DNA of 64,000 bases from Patescibacteria group bacterium (GTDB lineage: Bacteria; Patescibacteriota; Patescibacteriia; UBA9934). Both the position numbers and the translations under genes were made by a program. This document shows, in pieces, positions 49,994 to 59,933 of the stretch. Location of the stretch: contig JBBTSM010000010.1 of the NCBI GenBank assembly GCA_038064675.1, positions 2,977 through 66,976 of the forward strand, in the 5' to 3' direction. Below the pieces are notes generated by a model. It made no database searches. It saw only the letters and a list, made by a program, of their open reading frames with translations, and was not told the DNA's origin. The first letter of the stretch is position 1. Each line of letters starts with the position of its first letter.

Positions 49994-51052
49994 TCAGTCT
50001 CCCGTCACTACTGTAAAAGTCATTCGTCCAAGAACTTGCCCTGTCGTCGTCTCAACGCTCACGCGCCACTTACCGGCGGCGATAGAAGACACCATCGAGT
50101 AGCCGCGATAGCCATCCGGCCTGCCACCGCTAATTTGGAATGGAAGTTCGTGTTCTGTTTCCCAGCTATGCGTGTCTGCATCGTATCGTTGCCATACGTG
50201 AACAATGGTCGTCGTTAATCCTTCTGGCGCATACACCGCAGTGTAGGCATACAGCGCATCACCGGGAGTGACAAGAATGGTTTCACCAAAAATATATCGA
50301 TCGAGCCACGATTCTTCCGGCGTCACCAGGACGTAGTCCGATGTAACACTGTAGGCCATCGTGGCATCGCGAAGCGCGAGAGGAATCGGTGGAATGATGT
50401 TCAAAAAGTAACAGGTGTTCATGAAGACGAACACGCCGGCAATCACAAGCCACATACGAACACGATCTTTGTAAAGATCGCCGAGGTTGATAAGGAGGAC
50501 AAGCAACAATGTCATCACAATCATGCTCGCCAAGCCTCCAGCCAAGAACACCGGCCAGCTTAACGACGCAAAGAGGTGGGCGAACCAAATCGCAAATAGC
50601 GAGAAAAGTGCGAAGTACAAAATGCCAATCTGCACCATCGGTCTGAGCACAATGTGTCGAAGAGTTTCGTTCGAGATCATCAAGATTGCCACAAGCGCGA
50701 TGAGCGGCCAGGTTACCGAGAGCGTTCCGCTGAACCAATAAAATAATAATGCCGTACTTAACAATCCTCCCATCGCAAACTGCTGCGCAAACGGTGCGGC
50801 GAGTCTGACGTATCGCAATCGTGGCGATTCTTCTGCACGCTGAAATGCAGTAAGTGCCATAGAGCCCATGACCACCGCAACGTATATGCTCATGACAATA
50901 AACTTCTCTCGCAAATCCAACACACGAAACTGCCACACGTCAAATGCGGTTCCCATCACCAACATCGTCGGCATGAACCATCGTTCATATCGACTCAAAA
51001 ATTCTCGAACGTGCTTGTATGTTTGGAGTGCTTGTCGCGATCCCGGAATCAT
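49994..51052 (-). CDS. DUF2914-domain membrane protein
   Basis: Multi-TM N-terminus, IPPIPLAL, GGRPDGYRGYS, GKWRVSVET. Confidence 0.85.
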   Translation of the reverse strand: MIPGSRQALQTYKHVREFLSRYERWFMPTMLVMGTAFDVWQFRVLDLREKFIVMSIYVAVVMGSMALTAFQRAEESPRLRYVRLAAPFAQQFAMGGLLSTALLFYWFSGTLSVTWPLIALVAILMISNETLRHIVLRPMVQIGILYFALFSLFAIWFAHLFASLSWPVFLAGGLASMIVMTLLLVLLINLGDLYKDRVRMWLVIAGVFVFMNTCYFLNIIPPIPLALRDATMAYSVTSDYVLVTPEESWLDRYIFGETILVTPGDALYAYTAVYAPEGLTTTIVHVWQRYDADTHSWETEHELPFQISGGRPDGYRGYSMVSSIAAGKWRVSVETTTGQVLGRMTFTVVTGD

Positions 51053-51095
51053 AAATGTATGAGCCGAGCATACCACGCTCGAACAACGATTTGCG

Positions 51096-51500
51096 CTATA
51101 CCTTCAGTCCGTTTGCAATGAGAACCGTTGCAACAGAAACCGATGCGGCAAGCACAGTACCCCATGCGAGATCGACCGCAGTCACGAGCAACGGCCAGTC
51201 CTTTGTTGTCGCAAGACTCGTCAGGTCATACGTTGCGTATGTCACGAGCCCGAACAGCGCACCGTACATCAATGCCCGAATCCATGAATGTGATTCGTAT
51301 GCCGGCCCAATCACGAAAACAACAAGACCAATAATAAACACAACATAAAACGCAATCGCCGCAAGCCAGTTCACATTCGATGCCATAAGATACCCAATCT
51401 GACTTTTATACAATCCGCGCGCAGCAAATCCAATCCACGTCAGATCCAGCGCAAGAAACACAGGAAGCGCAATAACAAATAACGAAAGCGATGTTGGCAT
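51096..51500 (-). CDS. DUF2177-family membrane protein
   Basis: LDLTWIG, YATYDLT, VDLAWG. Confidence 0.92.
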   Translation of the reverse strand: MPTSLSLFVIALPVFLALDLTWIGFAARGLYKSQIGYLMASNVNWLAAIAFYVVFIIGLVVFVIGPAYESHSWIRALMYGALFGLVTYATYDLTSLATTKDWPLLVTAVDLAWGTVLAASVSVATVLIANGLKV

Positions 51501-51628
51501 ACAAAATCAATTACATGTTTAGCACTCTCATAGCATACCGCGGCTTGTCATACGAAAGTAGTTCGCAATCCAACGAAAGTTACTGGCGTTTCGTGTAAAG
51601 TTTTTGCGCTCTTCGATCACGAGACTAC

Positions 51629-51659
51629 CAAAACACCGACCACGCTGGTCGGTGTTTTG
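51629..51659 (-). terminator. terminator hairpin
   Basis: CAAAACACCGACCA-cgc-TGGTCGGTGTTTTG. Confidence 0.8.
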
Positions 51660-51674
51660 TTTGGTGGAACGGAG

Positions 51675-51839
51675 CTACTTCTTAGCTCCCTGACAGCTGA
51701 TAGACCACTGAAGCAGTATTCCCATACCTGCAATGAACATCATGATCGTTGCACCAGACCAATCGTTCGCACCAGAGCCCCGGTACACAATCGCGTACAA
51801 CACCATCAATATGCCAACACCATAGGTAATAAATGGCAT
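51675..51839 (-). CDS. 54-aa two-TM small protein (not in the ORF track)
   Basis: MPFITYGVGILMVLYAIVYRGSGANDWSGATIMMFIAGMGILLQWSISCQGAKK*. Confidence 0.55.
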   Translation of the reverse strand: MPFITYGVGILMVLYAIVYRGSGANDWSGATIMMFIAGMGILLQWSISCQGAKK

Positions 51840-51845
51840 AGAATA

Positions 51846-51995
51846 TTAGATGACTTTCTCCCCACGAATCACGCGAAGCAGCACCACGACGATCGCAATG
51901 ACCAAGAGAACATGGATGAATCCCCCCATCGTGAACGACGTCACCAAACCCAGGAACCACAGGATGAGAAGAATCACTGCAATCGTCCACAACAT
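51846..51995 (-). CDS. lmo0937-family small membrane protein (not in the ORF track)
   Basis: MLWTIAVILLILWFLGLVTSFTMGGFIHVLLVIAIVVVLLRVIRGEKVI*. Confidence 0.9.
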   Translation of the reverse strand: MLWTIAVILLILWFLGLVTSFTMGGFIHVLLVIAIVVVLLRVIRGEKVI

Positions 51996-52112
51996 AGAAA
52001 AGCGTTACCTCGCAAGATTCCGCATAAACGATCGTTCCCTCCACCATGCGCTACAATGCATAAGAATGCAATGATGTTCATCGTTCTGCGACTGTGCTAC
52101 GATCACACCTCT

Positions 52113-52787
52113 ATGATTCCTGCATCCTTCTTTACCGCAACCACAACACTCTCCGACCTCCCGGTGGACGCCAAACCACACATCGCGATGGTTGGGCGTT
52201 CCAACGTGGGAAAGTCGTCGATGATTAATCATCTCACCGGCCAAAAGAAGCTCGCTCGTGTCAGCTCCGATCCTGGCCGAACGCAAACCATCAACCTGTA
52301 CGATATTCATGACCGATTCTTTCTTGTGGATCTTCCCGGCTACGGCTATGCGCAAACGTCAAAAGAAAAGCGCGTTATGTTTGCCGAAATGATTCATGAA
52401 TATCTCTTGCAGACGCCACAGCTTCGGCTTGTACTTCTCATTATCGACGCACGCATTCCCCCAACCGAACTTGATGCCGACATGGCAGCGTGGTTGCAAG
52501 AAAACGGCATTCCGTTCGTCATCATCACGAATAAGATGGACAAACTCTCCGCATCGGAAGCCGCAAAACTTCATCGTACGCTCGAGGAAAAATATCCTGG
52601 TGTTCGCCGCATTGAACACTCCATCACTTCTGGACGCAATCGCAACGAAGTATGGGGCGCGATTGAGGCCGCCACACGAACGCCGGCCCGGGACATGACC
52701 GTTACTAGTGAGCTTTCCTGGACCGCACCGTCGTTCAATGTGGATCTTACTCCGCCACCTGAAGAAACGAACGAATATCTTGGGTAA
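52113..52787 (+). CDS. engB: ribosome biogenesis GTPase YihA/YsxC
   Basis: GRSNVGKSS, PGRTQ, DLPGYGYA, NKMDK. Confidence 0.96.
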   Translation: MIPASFFTATTTLSDLPVDAKPHIAMVGRSNVGKSSMINHLTGQKKLARVSSDPGRTQTINLYDIHDRFFLVDLPGYGYAQTSKEKRVMFAEMIHEYLLQTPQLRLVLLIIDARIPPTELDADMAAWLQENGIPFVIITNKMDKLSASEAAKLHRTLEEKYPGVRRIEHSITSGRNRNEVWGAIEAATRTPARDMTVTSELSWTAPSFNVDLTPPPEETNEYLG

Positions 52788-52790
52788 CGA

Positions 52791-53303
52791 CTACTCGAGG
52801 ATTTCTGTGTTGGTGAGCGAGGCACGAATTCCATCAAGATCCTGTTTCGTTATTGTGTTCCCCCGAAGATCCAGGCGCTGCAAGTGTTTCAAATTCCCAA
52901 GCTCATTCGGCAAACCCGTCAATTGGTTGTTCGAGAGATCGAGCGTTTGTAAATTCACCAGCTGACCAATTTCTGCCGGCACCCCAGTCATCGCGTTATC
53001 GCTTGCATCAAGTGATTGTAAGTTCTGCAAGAACCGAATTTCACCCGGAAGCGCTCCGGTAAGTGCATTGTGAGAAACATCAAGGCTCGTGGTTGTTGTT
53101 TTTGTGAATACCGAAGACTGCAGGCTCGTGAGTCCGCGATTGCTGAGATCAATCACCGTTGAAGACGTTGCCGTTGAGGTGGATGACGGTGTTGTGGTCG
53201 ACGGCGAGGTCGTGGTTGTGACCGCTGTCGGCACCGATGCAGTACATCCGGCACCCATTATCACCATCCCGAAAACCAGTACGAAACCAAAAAGGATCTT
53301 CAT
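52791..53303 (-). CDS. leucine-rich-repeat lipoprotein
   Basis: Lipobox-like GAGC, Ser/Thr linker, 4-5 LxxLDLSxNxLTGxPxEI repeats. Confidence 0.88.
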   Translation of the reverse strand: MKILFGFVLVFGMVIMGAGCTASVPTAVTTTTSPSTTTPSSTSTATSSTVIDLSNRGLTSLQSSVFTKTTTTSLDVSHNALTGALPGEIRFLQNLQSLDASDNAMTGVPAEIGQLVNLQTLDLSNNQLTGLPNELGNLKHLQRLDLRGNTITKQDLDGIRASLTNTEILE

Positions 53304-53331
53304 AGAGTTCAACCATAACACGGTTCACCTC

Positions 53332-53643
53332 TTACCGCATTGGACACGTATTTTTCCCAAGCGCTGCGTACATGCCGCACCAAGAAAATGCCGCTTCGAA
53401 GAAGCAAAACCCAGAGAAGAACACCAGCCACCAGCTCCAGCCAGTCAGCATCGCCCAGAACAAAAGCGCAATACCGACGACAAGGCGAACCACGCGGTCG
53501 TTCATGCCGATGTTGCGCGTGGCACCATGTGGCTTCTTTGACGCAAACGTTTTCATGAACGCTCGATACGCAAAAGCAAATACTACGCCAGCAATCATTG
53601 CAGACGCCGCAGAAATGAGGGCCGAAGATGAAAAATCAATCAT
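53332..53643 (-). CDS. DUF2892 (YgaP-like) membrane protein
   Basis: NIGMNDRVVR...WCGMYAALGKNTC. Confidence 0.85.
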   Translation of the reverse strand: MIDFSSSALISAASAMIAGVVFAFAYRAFMKTFASKKPHGATRNIGMNDRVVRLVVGIALLFWAMLTGWSWWLVFFSGFCFFEAAFSWCGMYAALGKNTCPMR

Positions 53644-54056
53644 AGAGACGTTGGGTATATTTTCGTAAGGCATTCGCTCCACTCGCTCTCAGCAACTGGC
53701 TGCACAGAGAGCCGGGAATTCTTCACAAGCACCATGTTCTTGAGCTCAGGAAGCTTCTTGATGTCGTCGAGCGACAACGGAACATCTGCTGCACGATCGG
53801 CTCGAATATCAACTGCGACCCAATCCCCTTCCCTTGCGGTTGGGTCTGGATACGCCGCTCGCGCAACAATCGCGAGCCCATGAATCGATCGCTCGTTCAC
53901 CGAATGATAGATGAACACAGAATCGCCAATGCGCATGGCGCGTAAATTGTTGCGCGCCTGAAAGTTTCGCACGCCCGTCCAGCTTGTGGTGCCTTCGCGA
54001 ACAAGATCGTCCCACGAGTATGTACTCGGTTCAGTTTTGAGAAGCCAATGCTGCAT
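53640..54056 (-). CDS. EVE domain protein
   Basis: WLLKTEP, WTGVRNFQARN, IYHS, RLSVQPV. Confidence 0.95.
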   Translation of the reverse strand: MQHWLLKTEPSTYSWDDLVREGTTSWTGVRNFQARNNLRAMRIGDSVFIYHSVNERSIHGLAIVARAAYPDPTAREGDWVAVDIRADRAADVPLSLDDIKKLPELKNMVLVKNSRLSVQPVAESEWSECLTKIYPTSL

Positions 54057-54059
54057 AGA

Positions 54060-54824
54060 TTACACAGAGATCCACGTCGGTTCGGCAATGAGTCTGCCGC
54101 CGTCAATATCAAATCTACGAAACGCGCGAAGATCGGTAGAGGAACCGGCATTGTACATGGCAAGCGGCCGCTGGGTATATGGGAAAACAATTTCCGACGG
54201 CACGTGGCGATGACCGTGAAGTACAAGGTCGCAACGGCCTTTGATTTTTTCTAAAAGTTTCGAACCGTACGAAAGGTTTTCAGCGAACGGAAGAGAGAAC
54301 CAGGAGGAAATATATTCAATGAAAAGCTCCGCGGGAAGCGGCAACGGATGATGATGGAGCGCGACAATAACGAATGTTCCTTTAGGGACTTGCGATAATA
54401 ATCGATCAACGTCGCGAAGCATTGCCGAGGAAATATTTCCATGACTCGCAAACGTGATGCGATTGTACCAACGGGTCGTATCAATACGAAGCGTGATGAT
54501 GTCGCCCTGCCGTACAAGATTTACTGGTTCATCACCCATCATCTGGCGAGAAACGTTCGCACGAGATCGGTCGTGATTCCCCGGAAGAAGAATCATGTTT
54601 CGGTCTGCTCGAAGTTGTGTAGTGATCGCAAAGAACTCCTCGAACTCGGCGATGCTCCCGCGATTCGTAATATCACCCGTCACGATAACGGTTTGAATGT
54701 TGCTCGCGAGAATCGCATCACACATTCGCCTCAGCACAAACGAACGCTCAGGCGAAGAGCCGATGTGCAGATCCGAAATGTGAGCCACAGCGTGCAGATG
54801 AGAATATTCTATCACCATGATCAA
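54060..54824 (-). CDS. calcineurin-like metallophosphoesterase
   Basis: SDLH, TGD, PGNHD, LHHHP, HGHRH. Confidence 0.92.
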   Translation of the reverse strand: MIMVIEYSHLHAVAHISDLHIGSSPERSFVLRRMCDAILASNIQTVIVTGDITNRGSIAEFEEFFAITTQLRADRNMILLPGNHDRSRANVSRQMMGDEPVNLVRQGDIITLRIDTTRWYNRITFASHGNISSAMLRDVDRLLSQVPKGTFVIVALHHHPLPLPAELFIEYISSWFSLPFAENLSYGSKLLEKIKGRCDLVLHGHRHVPSEIVFPYTQRPLAMYNAGSSTDLRAFRRFDIDGGRLIAEPTWISV

Positions 54825-54967
54825 AGAATCTGAACGGAAATGAAGGGAACTGCTATTGGATGGGTTGTGAGGGTTGAGAATCTGATCTTTTGAAGGGGTT
54901 GGGACGAGACAAACGATTACTCAACATCATCGGCGACCTCGGGGTGGTCGACTTCGTGATATTCTCT

Positions 54968-55043
54968 ATGTGCGGTCGACCGCACATTTCGCTCTTCGAT
55001 TCATTGGGCTTTTTGTAAATAAAATGTTCGGTGGACCGCACAT
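54968..55043. repeat. 76-bp double-palindrome element, copy 2
   Basis: Same flanks as 43435-43510; core inverted. Confidence 0.9.
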
Positions 55044-55159
55044 GCTCAGAATCTGAAATCGCGCACCCGGAATTGCCGATGATGCCTGTCGCTCGTCAGC
55101 TCATCCCTCACTTTTGCTCAAAGGATCAGTCTCCGTACATCACATTCTCTCAAAGACCA

Positions 55160-55275
55160 CTTCAGATTATGCCGAAGAAAACCATGCGCAGCCGTCACTC
55201 CTCACCGCCTTTCGTCTCGCGGCATATTTCAAGGTCCCGGTTGAAAAGCTCTTTTCCTTCAAAGAACGCCCATAG
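55160..55275 (+). pseudogene. remnant of an XRE-family HTH regulator
   Basis: ...EENHAQPSLLTAFRLAAYFKVPVEKLFSFKERP* resembles an HTH_3 C-terminus; in-frame stop upstream and no ATG. Confidence 0.45.
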
Positions 55276-55328
55276 CGTTCTAGACTTTTTTCCAAATTTC
55301 TGCTATTCTTCGCGGTTATTTTTCTTCT

Positions 55329-55730
55329 ATGACCTACGTCCCCCGCAAAACCGCATTCAATGTTGTGCCGCGCAAAAGCGCTGCGGGCTTGGGCGTGTTT
55401 ACGAACGTTGCCATTCCAAAGCGTCGGTTCATTATTGAATACTGGGGCGACATCGTCACCGAAGACGAAGCGAATCGCATTGGCGGAAAGTATCTTTTCG
55501 AAATCGGGAACGGCAAAACCATCAATGGCACCACCCGAAAGAATATTGCTCGGTATATCAACCATTCCTGCCGTCCAAACTGCGAAGTCGAAGTACAGGG
55601 CCGAAAAGTGCTCGTCTTTTCAAAGCGCGCAATCAAACCCGGCGAAGAGCTTTCGTACAACTACGGCAAAGACTACTTCAACCATTTCATCGGCAAGCAC
55701 TGCCGCTGCGCGAAGCACCGAGCTGTATAG
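55329..55730 (+). CDS. SET-domain lysine methyltransferase
   Basis: GLGVF, ARYINHSCRPNC, GEELSYNYG, CRC. Confidence 0.94.
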   Translation: MTYVPRKTAFNVVPRKSAAGLGVFTNVAIPKRRFIIEYWGDIVTEDEANRIGGKYLFEIGNGKTINGTTRKNIARYINHSCRPNCEVEVQGRKVLVFSKRAIKPGEELSYNYGKDYFNHFIGKHCRCAKHRAV

Positions 55731-55736
55731 CTCGCA

Positions 55737-56078
55737 CTACACGCGCAAGTTTCGATAAATCACAAACGCCACATCACGCACAAGATTCCCGCGGTCTTCG
55801 GATTCCATGGGATCGAAAAATCCCTGGCGGATTCCGCCACGATGACTGAGGTCGGACAACAGACGTTTCGCCATTGGCTGGGGTTTGTCGTCGATCATGT
55901 CGTCCGCAAGAACGGTTGTAACGATGTGTTCGAGAGACTTTTGAATCGCTACAATTTCCGATGGGCTAATTGCCGAGTACTCCTCGTGAAAATCTGGAAA
56001 GGCATTCAAACATTCCAACACGGCGGAAATGATGATCTGACTTCGCTCCTGCGGGGTGCGTTCAATAGGTTTTGGCAT
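55737..56078 (-). CDS. hypothetical protein
   Basis: About 113-aa ORF with protein-like composition. Confidence 0.6.
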   Translation of the reverse strand: MPKPIERTPQERSQIIISAVLECLNAFPDFHEEYSAISPSEIVAIQKSLEHIVTTVLADDMIDDKPQPMAKRLLSDLSHRGGIRQGFFDPMESEDRGNLVRDVAFVIYRNLRV

Positions 56079-56172
56079 AGACAACGTTTTGTCCGCATCG
56101 TAACACAGAACCAGATTTCTTTGACGTTTCTGGAAAATACTGTCTTACTGTGCCCACCACTTTTGAGGAAAC

Positions 56173-56709
56173 GTGACCATCACCGAACAGTTCATGCTCG
56201 ACCAGCTCGAGCGCGCCGACGGCATCCTCACGAAGTGCCTCGCAAATCCCACCACACGATGGTACTCGACGCTCATCGACGACGCGTTCCCGAATGTGGA
56301 ACGTATCTGGGTTCGGATGGACAACGGCTACCTTGCGGTTATCCATCGAATCCTCCCGGTGCCAAAGGGCGCTGAGCCGCTCTACTACTGGCACCGTCGT
56401 CCAACGGGGTTCCTCGTGATGGATGGTTCGTACCGAACGGGCATCGGCAACGGACCGCCAGGCGAATCGCCACCGCCGATCGTCCGAGAGACGATCTGTT
56501 ATCCCGGCGAACGTCGCACCATGATTCAACCGAACGACTGGCATTGGGTGAAGCCCGTACGCCATTCCGTGATCAGTGTGAACGTGGTGGGGCCGGCACA
56601 CCCGGGCATCCCCGAACGGGCAACACGGCACAGCCTCTTTGCCCTTCCACCGGATCGTCTCGCACGGCTCGTCCAGGATTCTCGTTTGCTCTATGGGGTC
56701 TTCGGCTAA
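56173..56709 (+). CDS. hypothetical protein, possible cupin fold
   Basis: GTG start after GAGG; WHRRP...GSY...DWHWV spacing. Confidence 0.6.
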   Translation: MTITEQFMLDQLERADGILTKCLANPTTRWYSTLIDDAFPNVERIWVRMDNGYLAVIHRILPVPKGAEPLYYWHRRPTGFLVMDGSYRTGIGNGPPGESPPPIVRETICYPGERRTMIQPNDWHWVKPVRHSVISVNVVGPAHPGIPERATRHSLFALPPDRLARLVQDSRLLYGVFG

Positions 56710-56743
56710 CTAACGGGGCATGAGCGACGCAACACTCGTGCCC

Positions 56744-56782
56744 AACACAAAATGCAGCTCATCTCGAGCTGCATTTTGTGTT
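56744..56782. terminator. bidirectional terminator
   Basis: AACACAAAATGCAGCTC-atctc-GAGCTGCATTTTGTGTT. Confidence 0.85.
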
Positions 56783-58574
56783 ATTCCCCGTCCTCATTCC
56801 CACGAAGCTGGGTTTCTTGATACTTCTCCCACAACTCTTGAAACTTCTCTGACGTTTTCAGCAAATCATCCAACGATCCCGATGCCACAATGCGGCCGCG
56901 TTCGAAGTAGTAAATCGAATCGAATTCTTTCAACAGATGCAGTCGGTGCACCGAAGAGATAATCGTCTTTCCCTTAAACGACTTGAATACACTTTCGTAA
57001 ATATGCAGCTCGTTCCGCATATCCACACTGCTCGTAGGTTCGTCGAGGAGCACGATCGATTTATCGGCACAGGCAAGAAGTCCACGAGCAAGGGCAAGAC
57101 GCTGTTTTTCACCACCACTCAAGTTCACGCCCTTCTCCACAATTGATGATTCCCATCCGTGTGGCAAACGCTCTACCACGTTCGTAAAACGTGCCATGTC
57201 GGAATATTTCTTTACCACCGCCATCGGATACTCCACCCCCATCGTCACATTTTCGCGAATAGTTGTGGCAAAGATTTCTGGATCCTGCGGAATGAGCGCG
57301 ATTTGCGCGCTGAGCATCTCGATGCCGTTCTTCAGCGCCTTTCCATCCAATAGAATATTCGATTGCTTTGATGGGTATAGCCCACGAAGCAACTTCAGGA
57401 ACGTGGTCTTCCCGCTTCCGCTTTCGCCAATTAATGCAATGCGCTCGCCGCGAGCAATGCGCATCGATACGTCGTCAAGGTGAAGGTCCGCACCGTCATC
57501 GGCGTGATACGAGAATGAAAGGCTCTGAATATCAAGAACTTTCCACGGTGCACCGCGTCGAAAGCCGGGAACAGCTTTCGTATTCTGGAAGTCGTGCGCA
57601 ATACGTTCGGCATTCATCACCGCCGTTTTCTGCTGCACAAAGTCACCGTACTGATACGCAAAGTTAAAGAACACGTCGGTCACGCGCATCACATAGCTCC
57701 AGAGCAGATAGACGGTTCCAATAACCACAGCCGATCCTGTCGCGAGATTGGTATAAAAATATGTTCCAAGCACCAACGCAACCATCACGCCGCCGGAAAT
57801 AGACACCATCGCCCACTTAGATTCATTGATAACGTTATTGCGCACGAACACCTTAAACGGTTGATGAATCTTTTTCGCAATAGCCTTCGTGACGAGCTTT
57901 TCAATTCGAAGAATAATCACCGTGGTCACGTTGCTAATCACATCGAAGACTTTCGCCGCAATGGCGTTGTCGGCACGGTTAATTTCGTCGTACTGCCGAA
58001 TGAGCCGCTGATCAAACTTCAAAATCAGCACGATCGTTAATACCACCATCACGAGCACAATTGCACCAGACGTCAGACTAAAATATGAAAGAATCACAAA
58101 CGCGCTTCCAAGCTTCATGAAGCCTTGCAGCGCCTGGAATGTGTCCGTTCCGAACCGATACAGCCCACTGCTTCCTTTTTCGATTTTATCGATGGTATCG
58201 CCGGAATGATGATCCGTATGCCACGCCGCCGGCAGCGCCAACGTGCCTTCAAGCAAATACATTTTGTATTTCGCGCGAGCAAGAAATGCATTGGTAATTT
58301 CAATCACACGTGCCGGACCCCAAAACACCCAAAATGCTATCTGAGTTGCCACGAACAACGACGTCAGAAGCAATAGGAACGAAATATTCTCCTGCGTCAC
58401 TCCGCCAAACTGAATCACGTCAAGGATTTTCGCAATGACGAACGGTTCAAGCGTGCCGATGATGTTCGCGAACACGAACAGTACGATATACAAAACAACC
58501 TTCCGCCTATTACCGGCAGAAAATTCCCACAACTTTCCTGAAAGAAAAATAATCGGGTTATCCCGGAATGCCAT
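56781..58574 (-). CDS. ABC exporter (TMD plus NBD)
   Basis: GESGSGKT, LSGGEKQR, LLDEPTSSVD. Confidence 0.95.
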   Translation of the reverse strand: MAFRDNPIIFLSGKLWEFSAGNRRKVVLYIVLFVFANIIGTLEPFVIAKILDVIQFGGVTQENISFLLLLTSLFVATQIAFWVFWGPARVIEITNAFLARAKYKMYLLEGTLALPAAWHTDHHSGDTIDKIEKGSSGLYRFGTDTFQALQGFMKLGSAFVILSYFSLTSGAIVLVMVVLTIVLILKFDQRLIRQYDEINRADNAIAAKVFDVISNVTTVIILRIEKLVTKAIAKKIHQPFKVFVRNNVINESKWAMVSISGGVMVALVLGTYFYTNLATGSAVVIGTVYLLWSYVMRVTDVFFNFAYQYGDFVQQKTAVMNAERIAHDFQNTKAVPGFRRGAPWKVLDIQSLSFSYHADDGADLHLDDVSMRIARGERIALIGESGSGKTTFLKLLRGLYPSKQSNILLDGKALKNGIEMLSAQIALIPQDPEIFATTIRENVTMGVEYPMAVVKKYSDMARFTNVVERLPHGWESSIVEKGVNLSGGEKQRLALARGLLACADKSIVLLDEPTSSVDMRNELHIYESVFKSFKGKTIISSVHRLHLLKEFDSIYYFERGRIVASGSLDDLLKTSEKFQELWEKYQETQLRGNEDGE

Positions 58575-58604
58575 ATGGATGAAAGTATAGCAGGAACGCA
58601 ACGC

Positions 58605-59846
58605 TCACGAGAGAAATGTTGTTTTCACCGCACCGCCAAAAAATATATCAATGTACTGTTTTGCGTTGGTAAGCACTAACGACACTGACTGTTTTCGCTT
58701 CGGATCATACAACGCTTTCCACACGTTTGGCTTTCCGAGAATGCTGTCGCAGAACATCGTCGCAGAAAGAGCGGCGTACGTCATGCCGTTTCCAGAAAAT
58801 GCTGTTGCAAGAAATTGTCGCGGAGCGAATTCGCCGATGTATGGCAAACCATCAATAGATTCCACGAGTGGCCCGCTCCATTTGTGCACAATGCGAGTTA
58901 GCTGGGTTGGAAGTAGTGTTTTCACAAAACGCTCCAACGTTGCGAAACTCTTTGTTTCACTTACCGGAATATCCTGACGATGGTCTGCACCACCAATTAT
59001 AAGCCGATCGAATGCTTTCCCGAAATCGACACGCCAATAGCGATACGGCGTTTGCGCGTCGATATACATTCCTTCCTTGAGCACACCCTTTGGAATTTCC
59101 ACGTCGATCACGTACCCTTTGTAATTCGCTTTTTTGAATGCGAGGACTTTTGGCTTGTTGAACGGCACCGAGGTCGCGACAATAATGTGCTTCGCCTTGA
59201 CGCTGCCCAATTCCGCGCGTGCAGTGAACATTTCTCCCTGAACAATCTCAACAATCGAAGTCTGTTCAAAGATCCGCACCCCGAGGAGCTCGGCCTTTCT
59301 TGCTAACGCCTGAACAAAACGAATCGGATGAAATTTTGCTTGGTTGGGAATTTCTAACGATCCAACGTTCGCAAATCCAAGATCGTTTACACGATGGAGA
59401 ACAAGATCAATCCCAAGTTCTTTCGCGGTGGAATATTCCATTTCCAAATTCGCAAAATCTTTTGCCTTCGTTGCATACAGGAATTCAGAGCATCGAAGGA
59501 AGTCACAGTCAATATTCTCAACCTGAATGATCCGCTCGATAATATCGATCGCCGATCTGCCAGCATGCCACAGCGCTTTCGTCTTTTCCAATCCGAACAG
59601 TTTCTTCATCTGCACGAGTGTCATGTCAGTGACCTGGGTGACGAATGCCGTCGTGCACACTGTCGCTCCATACCCGATCCGCTCAGATTCACACACTACG
59701 ACGCGTTTACCTTCTAACGCTAAAAGATATGCGCTCATGATTCCAGTAATGCCACCACCAATAATGACGACATCTGTTTCAAGATGCGCATTCAGTGCCG
59801 TGTACTGCTCGCTTGGCTCTGCTGACTCCCATGAAGTGACGTTCAT
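58605..59846 (-). CDS. FAD-dependent oxidoreductase (DAO family)
   Basis: IIGGGITG, QAKFHP, DGLPYIG, FSGNGMT. Confidence 0.92.
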   Translation of the reverse strand: MNVTSWESAEPSEQYTALNAHLETDVVIIGGGITGIMSAYLLALEGKRVVVCESERIGYGATVCTTAFVTQVTDMTLVQMKKLFGLEKTKALWHAGRSAIDIIERIIQVENIDCDFLRCSEFLYATKAKDFANLEMEYSTAKELGIDLVLHRVNDLGFANVGSLEIPNQAKFHPIRFVQALARKAELLGVRIFEQTSIVEIVQGEMFTARAELGSVKAKHIIVATSVPFNKPKVLAFKKANYKGYVIDVEIPKGVLKEGMYIDAQTPYRYWRVDFGKAFDRLIIGGADHRQDIPVSETKSFATLERFVKTLLPTQLTRIVHKWSGPLVESIDGLPYIGEFAPRQFLATAFSGNGMTYAALSATMFCDSILGKPNVWKALYDPKRKQSVSLVLTNAKQYIDIFFGGAVKTTFLS

Positions 59847-59864
59847 AGGGAAAGTATAGCAGTC

Positions 59865-59920
59865 TGGATCCCCGCCTTCCCCCTTCGCTAAAGCTATGGG
59901 GGACAGGTCGCGGGGATGAC
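59865..59920 (-). repeat. REP palindrome interrupted by a 30-bp second palindrome
   Basis: TGGATCCCCGCCT-[TCCCCCTTCGCTAAAGCTATGGGGGACAGG]-TCGCGGGGATGAC. Confidence 0.8.
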
Positions 59921-59933
59921 CAAAACATAAATA

